From positions 1-38,619 of the forward strand of contig JAWLEP010000015.1 of NCBI GenBank assembly GCA_041686025.1: a stretch of DNA of 38,619 nucleotides, in the 5' to 3' direction. Positions within the stretch are counted from its first letter, which is position 1; every line of letters starts with the position of its first letter. This stretch comes from Candidatus Fermentibacteraceae bacterium. Its GTDB lineage: Bacteria; Fermentibacterota; Fermentibacteria; Fermentibacterales; JCC-6. This document shows, one piece after another, positions 27,179-35,660 of the stretch. The translations under genes and the position numbers were made by a program. The notes beneath the pieces are model-generated. The model saw only the letters and a list, made by a program, of their open reading frames with translations. It was not told the DNA's origin and did no database searches.

Positions 27179-28031
27179 GGATGGCTCCTCCGGATTCAAA
27201 AGTGGTGTTCCAGGGCAGCATGCCCTCCGCCAGCCCGCCGCTCCGTATGGAGGAACCCGCCAGCATCACCGAGTCCCGGACCGCGGCACCGGCCCCCACC
27301 CGGCAGCCGTCACCGATGCTCACCGTGCCCGTGATCCGGGCGTCGGAGGCCACGTCCGCCCCCGGCGACACCCAGGTCCCACCGGCAAGTATGTTCTTCC
27401 GGAGCAGCTTCAGGGAGCCCATGTCCATCCAGACCGCCGGAGTCAAGTGCGCGCACACCGTCAGACCCGCCTCCAGGCAGGCCGCCAGCAGGGGGCCGAA
27501 CATCCCTCCTCCTCCCACACCGGCCGCCACCTCCAGCACCGGGGGCTCCAGCAGCGAGATCCCGTAGTAGTGCGCCTCCGAGGCGGCTGGAGAGCCGATC
27601 CCGCCATCGCCGCGCACCGGCAGGCCTCCGTAGCTCCCCCGGTCCGGAAACCGCCCGCACAGCACGGTCCAGTCAGCATCCCTCTTCCGATGACTCCGCA
27701 GCATGGCGGCCATGTCCGGCCGGGTGACCATGTCGGTGTTGCTCAGCAGCAGCGTCCCCCCGGAAAGCCTTTCCCGCACACCGGCCAGCGTCCCCACCGC
27801 CCCCAGGGGCTCCGGCTCCTCCAGCACCGTCCACTCCCCCAGCGGGTCGAGCTCGGCGGCCACCAGGTCCGGCCGCCGGGTGGCGTTGGCCAGGCGGACG
27901 GCCGGCCCCAGCTCCAGGGCCCTGCGGGCCGCCAGGGAGAGGACCGTGTCCGGCCCGAAGGGGAGCAGGCACTTGGGTCTGACAAGCGAAAGGGGCTCCG
28001 CCCTGGTGCCGTATCCGGCAGTCAGGAGCAG
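27168..28031 (-). CDS. Nucleotidyltransferase (MurU / mannose-1-phosphate guanylyltransferase-like); start uncertain and apparently non-canonical
   Basis: The frame stays open upstream of the listed GTG (27863) and encodes LLLTAGYGTRAEPLSLVRPKCLLPF; further motifs LSNTDMV and WMDMGS, plus a hexapeptide-like tail. Confidence 0.8.
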   Translation of the reverse strand: MLLTAGYGTRAEPLSLVRPKCLLPFGPDTVLSLAARRALELGPAVRLANATRRPDLVAAELDPLGEWTVLEEPEPLGAVGTLAGVRERLSGGTLLLSNTDMVTRPDMAAMLRSHRKRDADWTVLCGRFPDRGSYGGLPVRGDGGIGSPAASEAHYYGISLLEPPVLEVAAGVGGGGMFGPLLAACLEAGLTVCAHLTPAVWMDMGSLKLLRKNILAGGTWVSPGADVASDARITGTVSIGDGCRVGAGAAVRDSVMLAGSSIRSGGLAEGMLPWNTTFESGGAIHEA

Positions 28032-28059
28032 AGCCCCCCGAACTCCTAGGCCGGCAGTG

Positions 28060-28263
28060 TCAGCCGTAGATCTCTTTTCGGTTGCAGTCGCAGATCTTCA
28101 CCCGGCGGCGCTGCGGGCGCCAGTCGCCGCTGTCGTTGTAGACGGAGGCGATGTGGATGACTGAGTCGCGCTCCCTGCCGCAGACCGGGCACTCCTCCTT
28201 GTGGACCGTCCTCGCCTCGTGGGCGAGCTTGGCCGCGAATGTCTTCGCCTTCTTCTTGGGCAT
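28060..28263 (-). CDS. Small basic Zn-ribbon protein (67 aa), possibly a DUF4295/bL38-like ribosomal protein
   Basis: SD GAGGA before ATG; K/R-rich; CPVC...CDC; fills the gap between operon genes. Confidence 0.75.
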   Translation of the reverse strand: MPKKKAKTFAAKLAHEARTVHKEECPVCGRERDSVIHIASVYNDSGDWRPQRRRVKICDCNRKEIYG

Positions 28264-28265
28264 CT

Positions 28266-29402
28266 CTATTCCTCTCCCGTCATGGCGGGTACTGCGCAGG
28301 CCATCGCCATGACGCGATCCATGCGCTGCACATCCTGTGTCTCATCGAGGGCCGCCAGGGCTGTCCGAAGGATGGCCAGCACCCCCCGGCGCACCTGGGT
28401 CGGGCTCCTGCGTCCCGTGCTGGCCCACCAGAACGGGCATGAGTATAACATCCGGTCGGCGAGGCTCGCAACCCTCTGGCCGCCACAAGCCCGCGCCCAC
28501 TGCAGCACCTCCTCCAGAAGCTTCCACAGGGCCACGTGGTCGGGGTTGGCGGGATCCTTCCACAGGGGAAAGGGCACGCCTCTGGTCACGTCGCCTGCGG
28601 TGGTGGACCAGCTTCCGGCGACAGCGTGGCCCCGCCGGAAGGGGAAACGGTCCACGATCTCCGATACCGTGGAGAGGCGCCCGTCCTCCGCCGCGTCCAT
28701 GGCCTCCACAAAGGGCTCCAGGAAGGTCTGCAGCGCCCTGGGATGGTGGTGGCCGAAGGTCTCGCCGTCCATGGCCAGCAGCAGGTAGGAGTCCGACCCG
28801 CCGTTCCAGCGGTCCATGCCGGCCAGTACGTCCCGGGCGGTGGCAGCCCCGTCGTCGGGATGGAACGACACCCTGTTGCTCCAGAGGTTGCTGCGCATGA
28901 TCACGGCCATTCCGTGGGCCGAGGGGATCCACCTTCCGGGAACGTCCCTGCCGGAGGCGTGCCAGGGCAGGTCGTCGGTGACTGCCCAGGCGCAGCCCAG
29001 GCCGGCCAGGAGCCTGGCGGTGGGGTCGTCCAGGGCCATCTCCGGCGGGAATACCCCCCGGGGGCGGGCGAAGGCCTCGCCAAGTACGCTTCCGTTGCCG
29101 CTGGCGTTCAGCTCCAGCTGCCGCTGCACCTCGCCGGGGGGGATCAGCGGCAGTATGGGGTGGTAGGCGCCGGAGCCCGTGGGCTCGATACCCCCGGCCC
29201 GCCGCAGGCTGTCCAGCGAGGGGCTGTCCAGCCCCTGCAGCTGCTCGGTGAGCGACCAGTTGATGTTAACCGTCACCCGCGCGCCGGTCCGGGCCAGCAG
29301 CTCGAAGGAGGGTGCGTAGCACTCGCCGTCGATCCTGCGGACCATGTCCGGGTCCTGGGTGGGGGGCTGGTAGTAGTGCAGAAGCAGCGCCACGTGCTTC
29401 AC
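28266..29402 (-). CDS. Glycoside hydrolase family 57-like protein
   Basis: HYYQP, SLTEQL, YHPILPLIP, FPPEMA (nucleophile Glu), AMDGETFGHH (acid/base Asp); GTG start in a GTGA overlap. Confidence 0.85.
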   Translation of the reverse strand: MKHVALLLHYYQPPTQDPDMVRRIDGECYAPSFELLARTGARVTVNINWSLTEQLQGLDSPSLDSLRRAGGIEPTGSGAYHPILPLIPPGEVQRQLELNASGNGSVLGEAFARPRGVFPPEMALDDPTARLLAGLGCAWAVTDDLPWHASGRDVPGRWIPSAHGMAVIMRSNLWSNRVSFHPDDGAATARDVLAGMDRWNGGSDSYLLLAMDGETFGHHHPRALQTFLEPFVEAMDAAEDGRLSTVSEIVDRFPFRRGHAVAGSWSTTAGDVTRGVPFPLWKDPANPDHVALWKLLEEVLQWARACGGQRVASLADRMLYSCPFWWASTGRRSPTQVRRGVLAILRTALAALDETQDVQRMDRVMAMACAVPAMTGEE

Positions 29403-30181
29403 TCCGGCTCCCTTCGGATCTCCACCCGGTCCCCGGGGGCCAGGCCCGTCTCCCCTGCGGCGCTGCCCCCGTCCAGAGCCAGCTCCATCAGGCCCTGGCT
29501 CCCCTCCAGGATCAGAAGGCCCCGGCCGCCGCTGTAGTGGTCGGTTCGGACCAGCTCCCTCTTCGACCCGTCGGGGAGGCAGGCAAGCAGGCGCTCCCCC
29601 GCAGGCACGTCTTCTCTGCCCAGCCACAGCAGCACGTTTCCGAAGCGGTCCACGTGGGCCACCGCCGCGCTGACGCCCCGCCCGGTCTTCCGGGACCCGC
29701 AGGGCGCGGTGCGGACCAGGCTTGCCGTGCCCAGCTCGGGAAGACCGCCGGCCCAGGAGGGGTCGACGGCTATGGAGGCCGCCGCCGGCGCGAACACGTC
29801 CCGGCCGTGGAAGGTGGCCGAGGAGCCATCGGGCACCGGAAGCAGCCGTGCCTCCTCTGCCCTCTCCGGCACCAGCAGGCCGTTGTCGGGCCCCACCAGC
29901 CATACCCGTCCTGCGCGGACGGCCACCGGCCGGCGGGGTCCGCCCACACCCGGATCCACCACTGCCAGCACAACCGAGGGCCGGGGAAGCCAGGGAAGCG
30001 CGCTGCCGATGTGAAAGAGCCCCTGTTCGATGTCCCCCCTGGGCACCGCATGGGTCAGGTCCGCCATGGGGATGCCGGGGCCGGCCACCCTCATCATGGC
30101 CGCCCTCATCTGGCCCACGTAGGTGTCGGACTCTCCGAAGTCGGTTATCAGGAAGACCGGCAGCGGGAGGTTCCGTCTCAT
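29399..30181 (-). CDS. SAM hydroxide adenosyltransferase / SAM-dependent halogenase family (DUF62)
   Basis: LITDFG, VVDPGVG, GPDNGLL, SATFHGRDVFAP, DRFGN, LMELA. Confidence 0.92.
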   Translation of the reverse strand: MRRNLPLPVFLITDFGESDTYVGQMRAAMMRVAGPGIPMADLTHAVPRGDIEQGLFHIGSALPWLPRPSVVLAVVDPGVGGPRRPVAVRAGRVWLVGPDNGLLVPERAEEARLLPVPDGSSATFHGRDVFAPAAASIAVDPSWAGGLPELGTASLVRTAPCGSRKTGRGVSAAVAHVDRFGNVLLWLGREDVPAGERLLACLPDGSKRELVRTDHYSGGRGLLILEGSQGLMELALDGGSAAGETGLAPGDRVEIRREPE

Positions 30182-33100
30182 CGGTGCCTCACCACCACCA
30201 GTGTCTGGTCGTCGCGCCTGGCCGCCCCTTCTGCGTGCTTTCCCACGGCCTTCATCACCGCCGACACGATCTGGGCCGCGGACAGGTCGCGGCTCTCCCG
30301 CACCGTCCGGCTGAGCCCGTCGAGGGAGAACTCCCGGTCCCGGGGGTCCATGGTCTCGGTAATCCCGTCTGTGTAAAGCACCAGGACGTCGCCGGAGGTC
30401 ATGGTCTCCACCCCGTGCTCGTACTCCGCCTCCGGGTCGAAGCCCAGAAGCAGGCCGCCGGTGGACAGCTCGGACACCGAGTCGTCGTGCCTGACCAGCA
30501 GGGGGGGATTGTGCCCGGCGTTCACGTAGGACAGCCTTCCGGTCTCCAGGTCGAGGACGCTGTAGAACAGCCCCATGAGGCTCGCCCCCTCGGTGCCGGC
30601 GCAGATCCGCTGGTTCACCAGGCGCATTATGTCGCTTATGGAGTACACCTGGGTTACGTATGCCCCCAGGTTGCCCTTCAGCGAGGCCATGGTGAGGGCC
30701 GCCGGTATGCCCTTGCCGGTGACGTCGCCGATGGCCAGCCCCAGGTTGCCGGCGGGGAGGTCGAAGAAGTCGTAGTAATCGCCCCCCACCTCCTTTGCGG
30801 GCCGGTAGAAGACCTCCAGCTGGTAGGGCTCGGGGGAGGGCGGCCTCTCCGGAAGCAGCTCCATCTGGATGTCCCGGGCCGTGCTCAGCTCATCGGCCAG
30901 GGTCTCCCCGGTGACCAGGCGGTCCAGAAAGAGGTCGGGCAGCCTGCGCCTTATGGACTCGCTGGCCAGCAGGTCCGGCCTGTCGGTGACCATCTTAACC
31001 GCCGCCAGACGGACCTTCTCGTCGGGGTCTCCCAGCAGGTCGGCCAGCCTCTCCGCCGTCTCCCCCCCGGTGCACAGGCCCGGGTGGTCGTCCAGGGCCT
31101 CCACCACCTCCAGGCGGACCGAGGGGTCGGGGTCGGAGATGGCCGAGGAGATCATGCCCGCCCGGACCGAAGGCGGTATCAGCGCCGACCGGGCCACTCC
31201 CCTCACCGTCCTGGCCCGGACGAAGGGAGCGGGATCGCCAAGCAGGCCGCTGCGTATGGCCGCGGCCCTCTCCCGTCCCGGCCCGAAGTTCTCCGAAACG
31301 GCCTCCCCCACCGCGGCCCTGGTGGACCTCTCGGGGTCGCCGTGCAGCACGTCCAGCAGCTCCAGGGCCAGCTCGTGGGAGCATCCCAGCCTTCGGACGG
31401 CCCTGGGGATGGACTTTCTCACCATGGCGGAGCCGTCTCCGCAGAGGTTTCTCAGGAGCCCGTCGGCGTTCTCGCCCAGGTCGGTCCTGTTCCACAGGAG
31501 GAACCAGGGCAGCTTCGCCCTCTCCTCCTCCGTGCCCGACCCGGCGGTCTCCCTGCAGACCCGCAGGGTCTCCCCGGCCAGCTCCCGGTTGCCCCTGGCC
31601 AGTATCTGGCTCAGGGCCTCCCTGCCGCCGTAGGACTCGGCGGTGAGGACGTTGCGGAGAAGCTCCCGGGCCCTGTCCCTCTCGAAGGCGCTGAAGTAGC
31701 GGAGGACGAGGCTGGCGTACTCGACGCTCAGGGAGATGCGCTGCCGGGTGAGCTCCCAGAGCTTCTCCCTCTCCCCGTCCGTAAGCCAGCTGTAGTTCAT
31801 CAGCAGGCACATGGTCACTGCGGTGCTGTCCTCGGACTCCAGGTTCTCCAGCAGCGCCTCCCTGAGGTGGGAGTCGAAGTACCTGAGCCTGCCTCCGATG
31901 TTCTTGGTGAATCGGCTCTTCCAGCCCGGCTCCAGCCTCTCCAGGATCACCCACAGAAGATCGGTGAACTCCTCGCTGAACCGCTCCGGCACCCGGACCA
32001 GCAGCCCCGAGGCCAGAGCCATGAGCAGGTAGCTGTCCCCCTCCATCAGGGTGGAGTTCACCAGCTGGGTCTCGTCGGAGGTGACGTCGGGGAACCTGCT
32101 GCCGATGAACTGGAGCACCCGGGCCCTGACCTGCCGGTCCGAATCCTCCATGAGCCGCCGGTAGACGCCGACCTGAATGCCGTCGTCGCCCCAGTGGCCG
32201 ATTCCCGACATCAGCGCCGCCCGCACCTCCGGCCGGGAGGCCATGAGCCCGTTGACCACGTCGGCGTACTCGGGGCTGCCCACCACCCAGGGGCTGCCCA
32301 TGCCGGAGGCCAGGGCCCGCCTGACCTCCGGCCTGTCGGAAGCGCTGAGCCTTCGGCAGAGCCCTATCACCGCCGGGTCGAATGCGGTCTCCCGGCGGAG
32401 GAGCATGGGCATCAGCTCCATCACGTTGGGCCAGCTCGGCTCCCGGGCCGCCAGGTATATGAGGTTGGCCCTGTTCTCCTCGGAGAGGTCGTCGAAGAAG
32501 TGGGACAGGGAGAAGCCCGCCCTGCGGACCCGGGGCCGGGAGCTGGTGAGAAGGATGTCGGCCAGGGCGTGCACCGCCGGGCTCCTCTCCTCCAGCAGCC
32601 GCCTGATGCCCCTCTCCACCGCCTGCAGGGTCATGGTGTCGCCTGCGGCCAGGTGGCTCTCGTCGCGAAGGGTGAACCTGCGGAAGGGCCGGTGGCCCTT
32701 GCTCGCCCTGCCCGCCCTGTAGAGCCGCTCCTTCTCCTCGGCGGCCAGGAAGCGGTTCTCCTGCAGCAGCTGCAGCCGGTCCCAGTAGTCGAAGAGCACC
32801 GAGCGGAAGAGCGCCTCCGGCACCACGGGCTGGAACACCCAGATCAGCATCAGCTCGGCCCGGCGCATGTTGTCCAGGGCCAGGAAGCGCGACAGCGCCT
32901 GACGCCCCTCCTCCAGCCTCCACATCCTGTTCTCCGTGGGCTCGGGAAGGTGGACGTGGGCATCGCCGTAGTCGGCGAAGATCTCCTCCAGTCGGGGTGA
33001 TGAGGATGCCAGTATGCAGCGCCTCCGCACCTCGGTGGTCCTTACCACCCGGGAGACGAAGAGCTCCCAGAAGTGCGACGAGTGCAGGTCGATCTCGCGT

Positions 33101-33792
33101 CTGAAGATGTCCAGGTCGAACAGGACCGCGCAGTCCGCCGGCCCGGTGAGGATCCCCTCCACGTCGTCCATGCTGACGTCGGCGGAGATGATCTCCACCG
33201 GCTCGAGGCCCTCGGCTGCAGCCTCCTGCAGCAGCTGCCGCGCCAGCGTGGTCTTTCCCGCTCCCAGCTGGCCGCTGAGGCAGGTGAATCCCCGTCTGGC
33301 CAGCACCGCCCGGGCCCGCTGCAGCGACTCCTCGGTGAGCCTGTCCGGCTGGACGCTTCCGTAGCTGGCCAGAAGCTCCCCGCCGGAGGGGAAGGGGAAG
33401 CTCTCCCTGCGTATCCCCGAGATCCACTCCTGCACCCGGGAGTGTATCAGCCTGCTGGCCTCCGCCAGGGTATCGTACGACCAGCACCTGCCCCAGGACC
33501 TCAGCTTGGACTGCACCGGATCGCCGTCCCCGCAGGGACCCAGGCTGAGCGCGGCTATGGGGATGTCTCTGCGGAAGGCCTCGAAAAAGCTGCTTCGAAG
33601 TCCTGCGGAGGGCTCCCCCCGCAGGAACAGCAGCAGGGCGTCCGGAGCCTCCTCCATCCCCCCCACCAGCTCCAGGCTCTCGGCCCAGAGCTCGGGGGGA
33701 CGGAGCTCGGCCAGGTCGGCGGTCAGAACAGACTCGGAACCCTCTATGAGACTCTGAGGCTCGAAGTCCGCCAGCAGCCTGAAGTGTATCAA
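30178..33792 (-). CDS. Multidomain protein: P-loop NTPase + HEAT repeats + SpoIIE/RsbU-type PP2C phosphatase
   Basis: Walker A GQLGAGKT (33250-33273); many HEAT-type repeats (DSDRQVRARV, DPAPFVRART, DPDPSVRLEV, DPDEKVRLAA); PP2C motifs GGDYYDF, GDVTGKG, NAGHNPP, YTDGITE, DDQT. Confidence 0.9.
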   Translation of the reverse strand: MIHFRLLADFEPQSLIEGSESVLTADLAELRPPELWAESLELVGGMEEAPDALLLFLRGEPSAGLRSSFFEAFRRDIPIAALSLGPCGDGDPVQSKLRSWGRCWSYDTLAEASRLIHSRVQEWISGIRRESFPFPSGGELLASYGSVQPDRLTEESLQRARAVLARRGFTCLSGQLGAGKTTLARQLLQEAAAEGLEPVEIISADVSMDDVEGILTGPADCAVLFDLDIFRREIDLHSSHFWELFVSRVVRTTEVRRRCILASSSPRLEEIFADYGDAHVHLPEPTENRMWRLEEGRQALSRFLALDNMRRAELMLIWVFQPVVPEALFRSVLFDYWDRLQLLQENRFLAAEEKERLYRAGRASKGHRPFRRFTLRDESHLAAGDTMTLQAVERGIRRLLEERSPAVHALADILLTSSRPRVRRAGFSLSHFFDDLSEENRANLIYLAAREPSWPNVMELMPMLLRRETAFDPAVIGLCRRLSASDRPEVRRALASGMGSPWVVGSPEYADVVNGLMASRPEVRAALMSGIGHWGDDGIQVGVYRRLMEDSDRQVRARVLQFIGSRFPDVTSDETQLVNSTLMEGDSYLLMALASGLLVRVPERFSEEFTDLLWVILERLEPGWKSRFTKNIGGRLRYFDSHLREALLENLESEDSTAVTMCLLMNYSWLTDGEREKLWELTRQRISLSVEYASLVLRYFSAFERDRARELLRNVLTAESYGGREALSQILARGNRELAGETLRVCRETAGSGTEEERAKLPWFLLWNRTDLGENADGLLRNLCGDGSAMVRKSIPRAVRRLGCSHELALELLDVLHGDPERSTRAAVGEAVSENFGPGRERAAAIRSGLLGDPAPFVRARTVRGVARSALIPPSVRAGMISSAISDPDPSVRLEVVEALDDHPGLCTGGETAERLADLLGDPDEKVRLAAVKMVTDRPDLLASESIRRRLPDLFLDRLVTGETLADELSTARDIQMELLPERPPSPEPYQLEVFYRPAKEVGGDYYDFFDLPAGNLGLAIGDVTGKGIPAALTMASLKGNLGAYVTQVYSISDIMRLVNQRICAGTEGASLMGLFYSVLDLETGRLSYVNAGHNPPLLVRHDDSVSELSTGGLLLGFDPEAEYEHGVETMTSGDVLVLYTDGITETMDPRDREFSLDGLSRTVRESRDLSAAQIVSAVMKAVGKHAEGAARRDDQTLVVVRHR

Positions 33793-33805
33793 GGTGCGGC
33801 CGGGG

Positions 33806-34219
33806 TCAGACCAGGGGCCAGATCAGGGTGGCCCTGGTTCTGCCCTCCTCGGTGAGGTCGTACTGCACCCACCGGGCCAGGTTCCGGGCGATGAGCACGC
33901 CGCGTCCCCGGCTGGAGAAGAGCTCCTCGCCCTCCCCGGGTTCGTAGCCCGGCTCGTCCTCGGGCTTCCAGGTGCCCGTGTCCTCTATCTCGAACTTCAG
34001 TCTCCCCGGCACGCGTTCGGTCCTGATGAGCACGTGCTTCTCGGGGTCCATGGAGTTTCCGTGCTCCATGCCGTTCTTCACCAGCTCCATGACCGCGATG
34101 GACAGCGAGGTCTGCTCCCCCTCGCCCACGCCGAAGATCTCCCCCAGCTTCTCCAGGTAGACCTGCACCGGCTCCAGGAAGGTCTCCGAGCTGGGGACCT
34201 TCAGCTCTGAGAATGCCAT
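33806..34219 (-). CDS. RsbW/SpoIIAB-like anti-sigma factor Ser kinase
   Basis: AVMELVKNGMEHGN (N box), IEDTG, GRGVLIARNL; between the STAS and PP2C genes. Confidence 0.9.
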   Translation of the reverse strand: MAFSELKVPSSETFLEPVQVYLEKLGEIFGVGEGEQTSLSIAVMELVKNGMEHGNSMDPEKHVLIRTERVPGRLKFEIEDTGTWKPEDEPGYEPGEGEELFSSRGRGVLIARNLARWVQYDLTEEGRTRATLIWPLV

Positions 34220-34228
34220 CGCAGCTGC

Positions 34229-34570
34229 CTAATCCTCGAAGCTCTGCAGGGCTTCTTCCTCGTCTCGGAACGTCTCGAAAACCGTGATGAGCTTCGTGAT
34301 GATGAACAGCTCGTGGATCTTCTTGGTGGCGTTGAGGATCTTCATCTCCCCGCCGGCCTTCTTCACCGTGGTGTGGCCGGATACGATAACGCCCAGCCCG
34401 GAGCTGTCCATCCAGGAGACGTGCCCCAGGTCCAGCAGGATCTTCAGCCTGTCGTGGTTCACGGCGTTCTGAAACGCGGTCTTCAGCTCCACCAGATCGG
34501 GTCCGCCTATTACCTTGCCCGAGAGCTTGATGACCAGGACGTCGCCCTTCTTCTCCTCATGGATCTTCAA
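34229..34570 (-). CDS. STAS anti-anti-sigma factor (RsbV/SpoIIAA-like)
   Basis: LLDLGHVSWMDSSGLGVIV with the phospho-acceptor Ser; TTG start with SD GGGAGG. Confidence 0.93.
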   Translation of the reverse strand: MKIHEEKKGDVLVIKLSGKVIGGPDLVELKTAFQNAVNHDRLKILLDLGHVSWMDSSGLGVIVSGHTTVKKAGGEMKILNATKKIHELFIITKLITVFETFRDEEEALQSFED

Positions 34571-34601
34571 GTCTATCCTCCCTTTCTTCGAGTACAGAGC
34601 A

Positions 34602-34631
34602 AGGATACCTCACACCCGGCACATCTGTAAA
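34602..34631 (-). promoter_or_regulatory. Putative sigma70-type promoter of the STAS operon
   Basis: Minus strand TTTACA-N18-TATCCT. Confidence 0.5.
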
Positions 34632-34649
34632 GACGCGCCGCCGGGGCCG

Positions 34650-35660
34650 TCATCCGCAGAGCAGGAAGTCCTCCCACCCCCTTCTTCCGCTGGCTCGCAG
34701 CCAGCTCTCTATCTCCTTCATCGCCTGCGGGCTGCGGGTGCACACCAGCACGGGCAGGCCCTCCATGGACTCCAGCCGCTCGGGAGGCACTATGGGCCTT
34801 CCCCGCATCCGGTGACCTATCCGGGAGGGCGCAACGTCCACGAAGGCCTCGATGTCCAGGCCCTCCCGCAGCAGCCACCGCGACAGCCTCCTTCCCGACT
34901 GGCCGCTGCCCCAGAGGACGGCCCTGCCGCAGGCCAGGGCCGGCGCCAGGCCCAGGTACATGGCCTTCAGACGGTAGAAACGCTGCCGGGCGTAGGTGGG
35001 ACTGGATCGGGACAGCCTGTCGGGCCTCTCCCGCCAGCGGAGGAGGACCCGCTCCACCTTCCGGAAGCTCAGGCCGAGCTTCCACAGCCGCAGCCACAGC
35101 TCGTAGTCCTCGGGCACTCCCAGGTCGCGGTACCCGCCGGCGGCCAGCACGGTAGCGCGGTGGTAGAAGGCCGAGGGATGGGCCAGGGGGCTCTCCACGA
35201 ACAGAGACCGCTCTATCTCGCCGGGGCCGGTGAGGCCGTTGAGCCACTGCATGTACAGGCCCATGCCCTTCGAGACCAGCTCCTGCGGAAACAGCTCCAC
35301 CAGGCAGGAGACCACCGTCCCGGGGCCACACTCCTCCGCCGCCCGCAGCTGAAGGCCCAGCCTCTGAGGAAGGCTCTCGTCGTCGGCGTCCATCCTGGCC
35401 ACCCACTCCCCGCGGCACTCGCCGAGGCCGGCATTCAGAGCCTCCACCAGGCCGGTTCCGCCGGACTGCACCAGGCGGAAGCGCAGGTCCCTTTCCGCCC
35501 ACCTTCGAGCTATCTCGGAGGAACCGTCGGTTGATCCGTCGTCCACCATCACCGCCTCGAAATCGGGCATATCCTGCCCCGCCAGGGAGGCCAGGGCGCC
35601 CTCCAGGTAAGCCTCCTCGTCCCGGAAGGGCAGCAGCACCGAGACCCGGGGAGGGCTCAA
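34650..35660 (-). CDS. Glycosyltransferase family 2
   Basis: VSVLLPFRD, VDDGSTD, ARMDADD, PEDYELWLR; C-terminal Rossmann-like WGSGQSG. Confidence 0.9.
   Translation of the reverse strand: MSPPRVSVLLPFRDEEAYLEGALASLAGQDMPDFEAVMVDDGSTDGSSEIARRWAERDLRFRLVQSGGTGLVEALNAGLGECRGEWVARMDADDESLPQRLGLQLRAAEECGPGTVVSCLVELFPQELVSKGMGLYMQWLNGLTGPGEIERSLFVESPLAHPSAFYHRATVLAAGGYRDLGVPEDYELWLRLWKLGLSFRKVERVLLRWRERPDRLSRSSPTYARQRFYRLKAMYLGLAPALACGRAVLWGSGQSGRRLSRWLLREGLDIEAFVDVAPSRIGHRMRGRPIVPPERLESMEGLPVLVCTRSPQAMKEIESWLRASGRRGWEDFLLCG

Noticed and set aside
29399..30181. DUF62 gene as a fluorinase/chlorinase of a halometabolite cluster
   Set aside because: It keeps the Asp/Arg/His-type motifs (DPGVG..RR, TFHGRD) typical of the hydroxide-using branch, and no biosynthetic genes are nearby.
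30995..33487. Alternative-frame minus-strand ORFs (830 aa here; also 1422-3440, 13977-15134, 34573-35760)
   Set aside because: G/P/R/A-rich off-frame translations overlapping genes with clear motifs.
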